DNA from: Selaginella moellendorffii
Lineage: Eukaryota > Plantae > Lycopodiophyta
Direction: 5' to 3'
Length of the DNA: 64,000 nt
Assembly (NCBI RefSeq): GCF_000143415.4
Contig: NW_003314267.1
Span: forward strand, 3,903,201-3,967,200
The number at the start of each line of letters is the position of its first letter. The stretch's first letter is position 1. Shown one piece after another: positions 12,946-24,869 of the stretch. The position numbers and the translations under genes were made by a program. The notes beneath the pieces were generated by a model, which worked only from the letters and a program-made list of their open reading frames with translations, was not told the DNA's origin and searched no databases.

Positions 12946-14445
12946 ATGGCGGGTGCTAGCAAGAAGCCTCATGTTCTAGCGTTCCCATTCCCAATCCCGG
13001 GCCACATGAACTCACTGATGCACTTCTGCCGCCGTCTCGCGGCCTGCGATGTCACCATCACCTACGCCTCCAATCCGAGCAACATGAAGCTCATGCACCA
13101 GACGCGCGATCTGATTGCAGACCCCCACGCCAAGAGCAACGTCCGCATCGTCGAGGTCTCGGACGATCCAGGTAACAGCAGCAACGATCTCGCCAAGGGG
13201 GATCCCAGCGAGCTCGTGGAGAAGATCCGCCTGGCAGTGCGGGCCATGGCAGCCTCTGTGCGAGAGCTTATCCGGAAGTTCCAGGAGGAAGGGAATCCCG
13301 TTTGTTGCATGATCACAGACACCTTCAACGGATTCACCCAGGATCTGGCGGACGAATTCGGCATCCCCAGGGCGGTGTTCTGGACCTCCAATGCGATCGA
13401 CGACATCTATCACCTCTTCCTGCCGGAGCTCATGTCCAAAGGATTCGTGCCAGTCACGAGTAAGTTCTCCCTCCCCTGTTTTTAGGGTTCTAAGGAAACT
13501 CTTCTTCTTCCAGCCAGGAAAACGGACGAGCTCATCACATTCCTCCCCGGATGCCCGCCGATGCCCGCCACGGATCTGCCGCTCGCCTTCTACTACGACC
13601 ACCCAATCCTGGGCGTGATCTGCGACGGCGCGTCGCGGTTCGCGGAGGCGAGATTCGCGCTGTGCAACACCTACGAGGAGCTGGAGCCCCACGCAGTGGC
13701 GACGCTGCGCAGCGAGGTCAAATCCAGCTACTTCCCCATCGGCCCGTGCCTGTCCCCCGCATTCTTCGCGGGGGACTCGACAGCGGTGGAGCGATCCAGC
13801 GAGCTCCTGTCTCCCGAGGATCTGGCGTGCCTGGAGTGGCTTGACACACAGAAGGAATCCTCCGTGATCTACGTCTCCTTCGGTAGCGTGGCCACCATGT
13901 CCGTGGAGCAATTCCAGGAGCTCGCCAGGGGCCTGGAGCGCAGCAACCAGCCATTCGTACTGGTGCTGCGCAAGACCCTGGTCGCGGATCCCTCGGTGCA
14001 CGATTTCTTCGAGGGTTTGAAGCAGCGGATCGGCGAGCGCGGGATGGTGATCTCGTGGGCGCCGCAAATGCACGTCTTGCTCCACCCGGCGGTGGGAGGA
14101 TTCCTGACGCACTGCGGATGGAACTCGACCGTGGAGGGGATCTGCGCGGGCGTGCCGATGCTCGCCTGGCCTTGCATGGCGGAGCAAAACATCAACTGCA
14201 AGGAGCTTGTGGAGCACTGGAAGCTGGCGATCCCGGTCCAGGATGATCGGGATAAAAGCTCCGTGATCTCGGTCTCGAGCGAGAGGCTGGCGGATCTAGT
14301 GGCGCGGCTAATGAGAGGCGACGAGGGTCGCGAGATGCGAGCCCGGGCTCGGGGATTCCGCAAGGCTACTGCGGCTGCCATAGCCGAGGGAGGATCCTCG
14401 GACAGGAACCTCAAGGCCTTCGCCCAAGCTCTGAGAGATCTGTGA
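12946..14445 (+). CDS. UDP-glycosyltransferase UGT-A2, intact, 481 aa (exons 12946-13459, 13514-14445)
   Basis: Open frame across a 54-nt GT-AG intron, with His/Asp dyad motifs and a complete PSPG box ending in EQ. Confidence 0.93.
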
Positions 14446-15672
14446 TCTCTCGGAGGCTAACAACCATTATGTAAAGTCAATATTTCTCGATCATACCAAG
14501 ATTTACGAGAACAAACTTGCGACACTGTTTGCGATGCGGACGGCGGTTGCGTGACTGACTTGTTATCCTAAACCTCCCGGGATTGGGATTATTGAAGAGA
14601 TGTCAGCTGACTTGCTACATATTACATCTACTGTGTCGCGTGCGTGATGGAGAACTTCAAATGTAGCATAAAAATAAAGATCTTTAACATTTCTTAGTCT
14701 TATTCATCCATTTTGCAGAAGAGCTTCTTGGGGAGGAACCGAGGCTGGGTGGCGCTGTGGCGTGCACTTGAGCAGCAGCGCCTCGTCTTTGAGATTATAA
14801 ACATCACTTTTATTTTTCTGTTTATGAAATCGTCAATATTCTTAGAATAACAAATCGATATTCCTGTACTTTGATGGAGAGGACAAAAACTAAAGAGAGG
14901 TTTCCTTTCAAAGTCTGGCCAAAGCTCCACCCCGCCGGTGCGACGTTGAGCGACGTGACCAGTCGATTGTCACTCGTCACGACGCGGAACGAGACTGCCC
15001 GATGAGCCTGCTATCGCTCTGCCTCGACATGGATGCCCACAAGACCATAATTCGTGGTTGCATACTTTTCAGGCCTCATTGCTCTTCCGGAGGACAACAC
15101 CTGCTTGCAAGCTGGGATCTTTGGCTATGGTGGAGAGTATTCTACTGGACATGGCATCGCACTTCTCACCAACACCAGTGCTAGCGTTGTCAATAGTGTC
15201 GTTTAAAGCTTGTCCTTCTCTTTCACTGGTCTCACGGTTCCTCAGACAACCTCAAGGCAGCTCCTCGAGGTCTACTACATCCCAGCATCGATCCCAAGAC
15301 TGGCTTCCGGGAAAACATTCGAGTGACCATACCTTTCTTATTTGACTCGTAGGGATTCAAACTTGGCCTGCTAATGGACAAACGTGAAAGAAAACACGAG
15401 GAAAAGACACAGGCCGCCGTGTCCAAAGTTTCTCACTGACAAGTAGCGATTAATTCAGAAATCAAATTTAATACAACCTCTGCAAATGTCCGAAAGATTA
15501 CCAGCCGTGTGTCCCAAACGTTCGGACCAAATCAAACGTGGCGTGCGACGCAGACAGCGGCTGAACTGTTCCCTTGCGTTGACCATGTCGCTATTGGCCA
15601 ATACAATCATTACAAGAATCTCCTCTTCCACTCTCAAAAGATCGATCGCTTCTGATCAAGAGCAACAACACC

Positions 15673-16538
15673 ATGGCCTACACTTACACCCCACAAGGCC
15701 ATCCAATGCAACAGCATCAAGGACAGCAGCAAGGATTCACCAGCGAAGGCCATTCTGTTGCCTCTCCTGCTGCCCACGGAGTGGCAACTATGGCACCCCC
15801 GAATTCTGGCCTCTGGACAACAGGCCTCTATGGATGCACTGAGGACTGCCCCTCTTGTAAGGCTTTTTTTTTTTGAGAAAAAAAAGTTGTGCAACTTGGA
15901 TGATTGACTGAGTGACCTCTTTAAATTTGCTCTCTGTTCTTTGATCCTAGGTCTGGTTTGTAGCAAACTTGCAGATAGATAAGATGTCCGTGCGACAATA
16001 CTTAAAATGTTTTCTGATCAATTCTCTCCATCTGGTGTAACCACAGGCTGGTGTGCGTTGTGCTGCCCCTGCGTTCTTGTTGGGCGCATGGCCAACATTC
16101 TGGATCAAGGCATGACCTGTGAGTATTCAACTTTGAGATAAACGATATCCCGAACGTTTTTTTTTTTTTGATGTTCCACTCACGATTCTGCTTGGATTTG
16201 TGATCCAATGTTGTAGCTGTCTTCACCGGAGCCGCCATCTTTTGCGGCTGTGGCTGCCTCTACAGCTGCCTGTACCGTGCAAAGCTGCGCCACAAGTATG
16301 GACTCCCCGAGGAGCCCTGCAACGACATCTGCACCGAGTGCTGGTGCAACTGCTGCTCCATTGCCCAGGCTTACAGGGAGCTCAGGAACCGCAACATCAA
16401 CCCGGCTCTGGGTATGATTTCTGGGGCCTTGGTGATCTTTGTTTCCTGATTTCTGAAAATGGTGATTTTTCAGGGTACGAGTTTGCGAGGGCGGTGTACG
16501 AGCAGCCACCTCAAGTGCAGGAGATGCGCAAAATTTGA
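15673..16538 (+). CDS. PLAC8/PCR family protein, copy 2 (4 exons, two in-frame deletions)
   Basis: All splice sites present. Lacks PQPPPGxYYGP (33 bp) and IVQWFT (18 bp) relative to copies 3 and 4. Confidence 0.7.
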
Positions 16539-16736
16539 GCTACGGAAATTAGTTTTTAAAATCTTCAACTTGAAAATGCTTCTTCGGGGTTTTCAAGAAC
16601 GCCATGTTGCATTCGTGATCGGAAGGATTTCTTCCTCGTGACATTGGAAAATAATAGAATAAATTTCTAAACATCTCATCTAGAATTATTTAATGTCCTA
16701 AAAAGAACATATACTGGAATATATTCTGGAAGAGCT

Positions 16737-17322
16737 TGTCGTCAACACGATTGAGGAGCTGGATCAGGAAGTCGTGAATGGACGGAGGTTGCTGTTCTCC
16801 AGTTATTTACCAGTCGGACCTCTGGTACCTGCGGAGCTTCTGCAAGAACAGCACCCGATCACTCTCAGTTCTCCAAATGACACTAGCATGATCTGGCTGG
16901 ACAAACAAGCTTACGGCTCGGTTCTGTATATCGCTTTTGGAAGTGTTGTTACTCTGCCAGCCGACCAAGTGGAGAAAATTGCAAGAGCTGTAAAAGCTAC
17001 CCGTCAGCCAGTCTTGTGGGCGATCAGGAGGAACTTTGCAAAAGACGTACCTGAGAACTTTTATGAAAGCTTGCAAGAGATAGTTAAAAGTTTATGGTGG
17101 TGGAACCTTGCCACCACCATAAACTGGTGGTGGAATGGGCTCCGCAAGTAAACGTCTTGCGCCACTCCGCGGTTGGAGCCTTCTTAATGCACGGTGGATG
17201 GAACTCAGCTCTAGAAGCCCTGTGCTGTGGAGTGCCAATGCTTTGCTGGCCCTGCGCTAGCGATCAGAACTTGAATGCTCTCACGATAGTGAAGAAGTGG
17301 AGAACTGGGATAATGGTGGCTC
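16737..17322 (+). pseudogene. UGT-B2 internal fragment (5' half deleted, frameshift, 3' truncated)
   Basis: Promoter joined directly to ..VVNTIEELDQE... A hairpin insertion at 17089-17125 shifts the frame, and the sequence ends after GIMVA. Confidence 0.88.
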
Positions 17323-17532
17323 GGCGCCGGCGCTACGCCCGCTAGGGTGTGGTGATCGATGGCAGCGGAGGGCGCTTGCGGTGCCATCGGCGGCGAGAGC
17401 GCGCCATGCCAATGCGCTGGTTGCGCGATCCGAGTAAGATTCGCTCTAGAGATCCGCTCGCGAGAATGTGGCTGGGGATTTGGCTTCCAGCGAAAAGATT
17501 TGCAATTTTCAACATCAAACATAGCTCCGATG

Positions 17533-18814
17533 ACCGGTAACAGCATGCGCAGCAGCAACGATCTCGCCAAGGGGGATCCCGGCGAGCTCGTGGAGAAGAT
17601 CCGCCTGGCAGCGTGGGCCATGGCAGTCTCTGTGCGAGAGATTATCCGGAAGCTCCAGGAGGAAGGGAACCCCGTTTGCTGCATGATCACGGACACCTTC
17701 AACGGATTCACCCAGGATCTGGCGGACGAATTCGGTATCCCCAGGGCGGTGTTCTGGACCTCCAACGCGATCAACGACATTTATCACCTCTTCCTGCCGG
17801 AGCTCATCTCCAAAGGATTCGTGCCAGTCGCGAATAAGTTCTCCCTCCCCTGTTTTTGGGGTTCTAAGGAAACTCCCCCTTCTTCGAGCCAGGAAAACGG
17901 ACGAGCTCATCACATTCCTGCCTGGCTGCCCGCCAATGCCCGCCACAGATCTGCCTCTATCCTTCTACTACGATCACCCAATCCTGGGCATGGTCTGCGA
18001 CGGCGCGTCGCGGTTCGCGGAGGCGATATTCGCTCTGTGCAACACCTACGAGGAGCTGGAGCCACACGCAGTGGCGACGCTGCGCAGCGAGATGAAATCC
18101 ACCTACTTCCCCATCGGCCCGTGCCTCTCCCCGGCATTCTTCGCGGGGGACTCGACAGCGGTGGAGCGATCCAGCGAGCTCCTGTCTCCCGAGGATCTGG
18201 CGTGCCTGGAGTGGCTCGACACACAGAAGGAATCCTCCGTGATCTACGTCTCCTTCGGCAGCGTGGCCACCATGTCCGTGGAGCAATTCCAGGAGCTCGC
18301 CAGGGGCCTGGAGCGCAGCAACCAGCCATTCGTGCTGGTGCTGCGCAAGACCCTCGTCGCGGATCCCTCGGTGCACGATTTCTTCGAGGGATTGAAGCAG
18401 CGGATCGGCGAGCGCGGGATCGTGATCTCGTTGGCGCCGCACGTCTTGCTCCACCCGGCGGTGGGAGGATTCCTGACGCACTGCGGATGGAACACGACCG
18501 TGGAGGGGATCTGCGAGGCCGTGCCGATGCTCGCCTGGCCTTGCATGGCGGAGCAAAACGTGAACTGCAAGGAGCTTGTGGAGCACTGGAAGCTGGCGAT
18601 CCCGGTCCAGGATGATCGGGATAAAAGCTCCGTGATCTCGGTCTCGAGCGAGAGGCTGGCGGATCTAGTGGCGAGGCTGATGAGAGGCGACGAGGGTCGC
18701 GAGATGCGAGCCCGGGCTCGGGGATTCCGCAAGGCTACTGCGGCTGCCATAGCCGAGGGAGGATCCTCGGACAGGAACCTCAAGGCCTTCGCCCAAGCTC
18801 TGAGAGATCTGTGA
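17533..18814 (+). pseudogene. UGT-A3, 5'-truncated
   Basis: Starts at GNS..NDLAKGDP, so the catalytic His is absent. Intron donor mutated (GTAAGT to ATAAGT, about 17834). PSPG box damaged (ISLAPHVLL). Confidence 0.88.
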
Positions 18815-20524
18815 TCTCTTGGACGCGACAATTAGAATCAATCAATGGGTTAGTGAGATTGAAAGTTTTAATAAGCCAATTTGTGCTGCCTCTATGCGGT
18901 CTTTCACTCCCTCTTTTCCATGTGTTTTTTAGATGGAGAGCATAACTTAAGTACTTGGACATGTTTTTGGAACAGATTCTTGGGGTTGGGTTTCCAAAAA
19001 CCATGTTGCCAATGCACAAAACTGTGCCGGAGTGTCGAACTGTGGTCGCACGGTGGCTGGCAATAACAAATAGAAGAAGAAAGAGATACATTCCCAAGAG
19101 CTTGTATAAAAATAGGTCCTCCCCTTGTATCATGGTTTCCAGTGCCCCAGTATAGCATTGTTGCACTCCAATCTTTGAGGCTCCAAAGATTTATAGTTTG
19201 ACCGAGCAGTATAGCTTGACAATCACTGCCACCAGGGGGGAGGCGCTTCTAGCTGTAAGAGTTGCTTGATCAACAGTTGGAAAGGGATCATATCAAATGT
19301 TCCACAAATCCAGTTAGCAATGTCTTGTTTCGTCCCAACCTTGTGCGTTCCAGAGGATGCACAAAGTGACAAGGTGGTCTAGGGATCGCTGTTTTCGAAA
19401 GCTGGTGCGTTTGGAAAAATAAATAAAATTATTCTCCAACAAGGATCAAGAAATCTTGTATGCTTTGACCTTGTGCCACCCAAGCAGGGGCGAACTATCG
19501 AACTCATTGAGACTGATCCAACAGCTCGACTTGGAAATCGCAGAAGTGTCATCCAGTCAGGCCTTGAGCATTGATCTTGCCCGCATCCACAACCTGCAGA
19601 AGCCTTGGGCAAGAGAGCCAAGCGGGAAAAGACATGTTGTTGCTGTTAAACTCACTCTCAGACACTCACAAAACTCTTGGGGCCATTGGATTTCCCAGCT
19701 GGCCACAAGAACCACAAGAAACCCCATGGCAAGGGCGTCGGGAACATGTTGTAGCCCCATATGCCTCACAAGGGGATTCCCCACATGCCAAGGACAGTAA
19801 TAAACTCAAGAAATAAAGATCACTATTGCTATTGGTTTGTCCAGTATCTTCATGAAGATACTTATTGAAAAGGAAGTCTCCACCGAAAACATGATAGACA
19901 AGGATGACTCTATGACAGTCGACTGGGCTCATGTCATAGAGAGTGTATATCTCAACACAACATACACACTTGCTTTTTTCACAAAACAGCTCTTAGGAAC
20001 TTAGTATCTTAAGAACTGCCTCAACTCCTCTGGATGCCCACAAAACCCTCAAGTGTCATTGCTCTTGCGGGGGACAACACCTGCTTGCAAGCTGGGATCT
20101 TTGGCTATGGTGGAGAGTATTCTACTGGATCTGGCATCGCACTTCTCACCCCAAGACTGCCTTCCGGGAAAACATTCGAGTGACAATACCTTTCTTGTTT
20201 GGATTCAAACTTGGCCTGCTAATCGACAAACGTGAAAGAAAACACAAGGAAAAGACACAGGCCGCCGTGTCCAAAGTTTCTCACTGATAAGTAGCAATTG
20301 ATTCAGAAACATTTATGAAAATTACCACGTTATGAATAGTGTTTTAACCTATGCAAATGCCCATACCAGCCGCGTCCAAAACGTTCGGAACAAATCAAAC
20401 GCGGCGTGCGACGCGGACAGCGGCCTTGCGTTGACCATGTCGCTATTGGCCAATACAACCCTTACAAATATCTCCTCTTCCACTCTCAAAAGATCGATCG
20501 CTTCTGATCAAGAGCAAGACCACC

Positions 20525-21448
20525 ATGGCCTACACTTACACCCCGCAAGGCCATCCAACGCAGCAGTATCAAGGACAGCAGCAAGGATTCACCAGCGAAG
20601 GCCATCCCGTTGCCCCTCCTGCTGCTTATCCCCAGCCTCCGCCTGGTAATTATTATGGACCTGGAGTGGCAACCATGGCACCCCCGAATTCTGGCCTCTG
20701 GACAACGGGCCTCTGTGGATGCACTGAGGACTGCCCCTCTTGTAAGTTTTTTTTTTTTTCGTGAAAAAGAGTTCTTTTTGTGCAACTTGCATGATTGACT
20801 GAGTGATCTCTTTAAATCTGCTTTCTGTTCTTTGATCCTAGATCTGGTTTGTAGCAGACTTCCAGATAGATAAGATATCCGTTCGACATTTCTTAAAATT
20901 TATTTGATCAATCCTCTCCATCTGGTGTAACCACAGGCTGGTGTGCGTTGTGCTGCCCCTGCGTTCTTGTTGGGCGCATGGCCAACATTCTGGATCAAGG
21001 CATGACCTGTGAGTATTCAACTTTGAGATAAACTATATCCCAAACGTTTTTTTTTTTTTTTGATGTTCCACTCACGATTCTGCTTGGATTTGTGATCCAA
21101 TGTTGTAGCTGTCTTCACCGGAGCCGCCATCTTTTGCATCGTGCAGTGGTTCACCGGCTGTGGCTGCCTCTACAGCTGCCTGTACCGTGCAAAGCTGCGC
21201 CACAAGTACGGACTCCCCGAGGAGCCCTGCAACGACATCTGCACCGACTGCTGGTGCAACTGCTGCTCCATTGCCCAGGCTTACAGGGAGCTCAGGAACC
21301 GCAACATCAACCCGGCTCTGGGTATGATTTCTGGGGCCTTGGTGATCTTTGTTTCCTGATTTCTGAAAATGGAGATTTTTCAGGGTACGAGTTTGCGAGG
21401 GCGGTGTACGAGCAGCCACCTCAAGTGCAGGAGATGCGCAAAATGTGA
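20525..21448 (+). CDS. PLAC8/PCR family protein, copy 3, intact, 188 aa (exons 20525-20741, 20937-21008, 21109-21321, 21384-21448)
   Basis: Spliced frame is open. WTTGLCGC, CWCALCCPC, YRAKLRHKYGL and CNCCSIAQAYREL are typical PLAC8 motifs. Confidence 0.9.
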
Positions 21449-21496
21449 GCTACGGAAATTAGTTCTTAAAATCTTCAACCTGAAAATGCTTCTTCG

Positions 21497-21749
21497 GGGC
21501 TTTTCAAGAATGCCATGTTGCATACGTTACCTCCGGATTTCTTCCTTGTGCCATTGGAAAATAATACAAGCCCAAGTTTGTGAAAATTTCTAAACATCTC
21601 ATCTAGAATTATTTAATGTCCTGGGGCGTTTCAAGAATGCCATGTTGCATACGTTACCTCCGGATTTCTTCCTCGTGACATTGGAAAATAATACAAGCCC
21701 AAGTTCGTAGAAATTTCTGAAGATCTCATCTAGTATTATTTAATGTCCT
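21497..21749 (+). repeat. ~126-bp tandem duplication in the PLAC8-3 / UGT-B3 spacer
   Basis: ggggc..tcaagaatgccatgttgcatacgttacctccgg...attatttaatgtcct occurs twice here and once in the other units. Confidence 0.85.
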
Positions 21750-21778
21750 AAAACAATGTAAATATGAGCTATCCTCTT

Positions 21779-23187
21779 ATGGCGGACGAGCAGCGCCTTC
21801 ACGTAGCGGTGCTCCCAACCACCGGCTCCGGCCACATCAATCCCATGCTCGAGCTCTGCCGCCGCCTCGTCCCGCTAGGATTCCAGGTAAGCTTCGTCTA
21901 TCCCAGCAATCTATGCCCCAAGCTGGAGTCGAGCCTTCGACACGATGATCTTCACTTCCAAGTGGTGCCAAGCCCAGCCTCGGACAAGCCTTTGCTCATG
22001 GATCCCGCGTTGCAAGAGGACGTGAGACCGGTTCTAGAGGCCCTCCGTCCACCAGTGAAGTGCCTTATCGCTGATATGTTTTTAGGCTGGTCACAGGACG
22101 TGGCCGACAGCCTGGGGATTCCACGAGTTGCCTTCATTCCCAGTGACTCAGTCATCGAAGCGATGTGCTACCATATTCCAGAGCTTGTCTCCAGGGGTTT
22201 CATTCCTGGCCATGTTCCTGCCAATGGTGAGAAGAAGAAGAAACTTTACAATTGCTTCATACCGATCGACGAATATGTGTTGTTGTCTCAGCCGATCCAA
22301 ATCCGGACGCTTTGATCGACTTCATCCCTGGTCTCGAGCCTTTTACAAGAGAGTTGCTCCCTCTTGCCTTCCAGCACGGGGGACCCATTGTGACCACTGT
22401 GGGAGTTGCAGCCAGACGAACAAAGGATGCGGTTTGCATTGTCGTCAACACGATTGAGGAGTTGGATCAGGAAGTTGTGAATGGACGGAGGTTGCTATTC
22501 TCCAGTTATTTACCAGTCGGACCTCTGGTACCTGCGGAGCTTCTGCAAGAACAGCACCCGATCACTCTCAGTTCTCCAAATGACACTAGCATGATCTGGC
22601 TAGACAAACAAGCTTACCGCTCGGTTCTCTATATCGCTTTTGGCAGTGTTGTTACTCTGCCAGCCGACCAAGTGGAGAAGATTGCAAGAGCTGTAAAAGC
22701 CACTCGTCAGCCAGTCTTGTGGGCGATCAGGAGGAACTTTGCAAAAGACGTACCTGAGAACTTTTATGAAAGCTTGCAAGAGATAGTTGGGGCGCAAGCC
22801 TGCCTGGTGGTGGAATGGGCTCCACAAGTAAACGTCTTGCGCCACTCCGCGGTTGGAGCCTTCTTAATGCACGGTGGATGGAACTCAGCTCTAGAAGCCC
22901 TGTGCTGTGGAGTACCAATGCTTTGCTGGCCCTGCGGTAACGATCAGAACTTGAATGCTCTCACGATAGTGAAGAAGTGGAGAATTGGGATAATGGTGGC
23001 TCATGGACCCAAAGACGATGTGAGAAGCGAAGACTTGGGAAACGTTATAGATGCTGTGATGAACGGCGAGGAAGGGAGGAGGATGAGGAGCAGAGCTCAA
23101 GAACTTAAAAAGATCGTGAGGGCAGGTACTTGCCTGGAGAGAAATCTTCGACAGCTCAAGGATGTGATCATAGCCGCGTCTCAATAG
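21779..23187 (+). CDS. UDP-glycosyltransferase UGT-B3, intact, 447 aa (exons 21779-22226, 22292-23187)
   Basis: Open spliced frame, catalytic His motif and full PSPG box. Confidence 0.93.
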
Positions 23188-23229
23188 GGGCCTGCAATAC
23201 CATCTGGATTCATACTTGATCAAAGAGAC

Positions 23230-23562
23230 AAAGTTCACGAGAAGAACTAAAATGATGGAGAAGTTGAAAACAATTGTGCCAGAGAAGGTATTTGCCTCGA
23301 TAATCTTTACCTCGAGACCCTAGGCTATTGTCCCCGAAGTTCGAATCGTTCACGAGCTTTGGCCGCTTCGTTAACTCGTCGACTTCCACCTTGAGACCAT
23401 CCAGAACGTCGACAGCCTTTTTGATCTCGAGGTTTGCGAGCTCCTGTACGTTTCGTTCGTTCCCTTCTGTAAGATTCCTGATGGCCCATTCCCTGAGATA
23501 AGGATTGTCTTCATCAAGAGCAAGCCTCCGTTCTCTCGAACTCGGTCTTGGACACGGGGCCG
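23230..23562 (-). pseudogene. Inverted 3' fragment of the ataxin-10-like gene
   Basis: DEDNPYLREWAIRNLTEGNERNVQELANLE mirrors 26090-26430, with small deletions. Confidence 0.88.
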
Positions 23563-23574
23563 AGAGGGACACAA

Positions 23575-24180
23575 GAGGGATACATTCCAGGGGAATTTAC
23601 ATCGAAGACGCGCGCAGGGTTAACAGGCTTTTGGCGCCATCCTCGGCAAATGCCGCGATCATGATGTTGCTAGAGAAGACGTTGCGCAGCCGGACTCTAT
23701 CCAACGATCGATCGACTGCCAAGAATACCGGCGATGATCCATGAAAGAAAGTTAAAATTCAAAATCTAAAGCCATTCATTTAGCTGGAAACTGGACGCTG
23801 GAGCAAGAGCATCCACGAAAGCCGCTGGCACTACCATCACCAACGAGGATGCCAAGGGAAGAGCTTGAGGCATTACCTACACTTGGAGCTCTACTAGCAT
23901 TGATGATCATCTCCGGACTGGTCATTGGTGATGTCGAGGGCATTCAAGGTTGGGCCATTCCATAGCAAAAGCAAACCAAAACCAACACAGATCCAGAGAA
24001 ATGCTCGTCTTCCTTTGACGCTACAAATACCATTCTAGATTCTTCAGCTAGAAACTCTCATGGAATTCTCTTCTTTTGTGAGCCGTTTTGCAGGACATAC
24101 ACCACCTCGTAGTTTCCCAAAGAGATCACAAGAGTTTGCTATGGGAGAAAAGGCTAGAAGGGATTCCAAGTAGGTACTTT
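23575..24180. pseudogene. Diverged PPR fragment (with micro-inversion) and diverged copy of the orphan membrane-protein gene
   Basis: 23645-23700 is the reverse complement of PPR LRNVFSSNIMIAAFAE, flanked by forward PPR sequence. 23848-24100 resembles MPREELE..LGALLALMIISG. Confidence 0.65.
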
Positions 24181-24869
24181 ATGTCATAGTTTATAAGAAC
24201 GCCTGTTCCTCCTTTCTTCTCTAGCATCAATGACCTTTTTGTCAACGTTGAGTTCTCTTCAGGGACCAAAACTTAGCATCCTTTGGTTCACTGTGCGTGA
24301 CTCGAAATCCTTGACGTCCTCGGAGCCGAGTGCTGGAACTGCTATCCGGAAGAACACAAAGGTATGGTAGCGATGAAAACGTTTCCCAGAACTTTTCTCC
24401 TTCACCACTGGCGGGAATGTATGCAGTATGGTAGATAAAGCAACTCGTGTCGTGCCATTCCCAGGCTCTCACCAACATAGCAGAATAGTTTCTAGAATAG
24501 TTTTAGAAGGCTGACCAGATTGAGATGAAGGAATCTTTGACACATAGATAACTCCATGTTTTCGTCAATCCGTCCTCCCAGAAATGATCCCATCACTTTG
24601 AACAACAAAAATGTCGCAATTTCCTTTCTCGGCATTTGCATCACAAGATGTGCTCCAAAACACCAAGTCTCTTTTGTGCTTTATCTTTCACAATGTTTTA
24701 GCTTTACTTATGGATCATGCTGCTCGCATATGCAGTGATTATTGCGCTTCATGTTACTGTTGTTTTATCTGCTGATCATCAAAGGAAATTTAAACATAGC
24801 AAGATCCCCATTCCTGACAAATGCCACCAAGAAATTCCCTTCCTCTCTCTTTGTTTTTTTAGGGTTCTT

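Larger units (their letters stand above)
9720..17325 (+). repeat. Tandem segmental duplication unit 2
   Basis: Colinear with unit 1. Carries an extra ~965 bp at 10680-11640, and its UGT-B is truncated. Confidence 0.85.
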
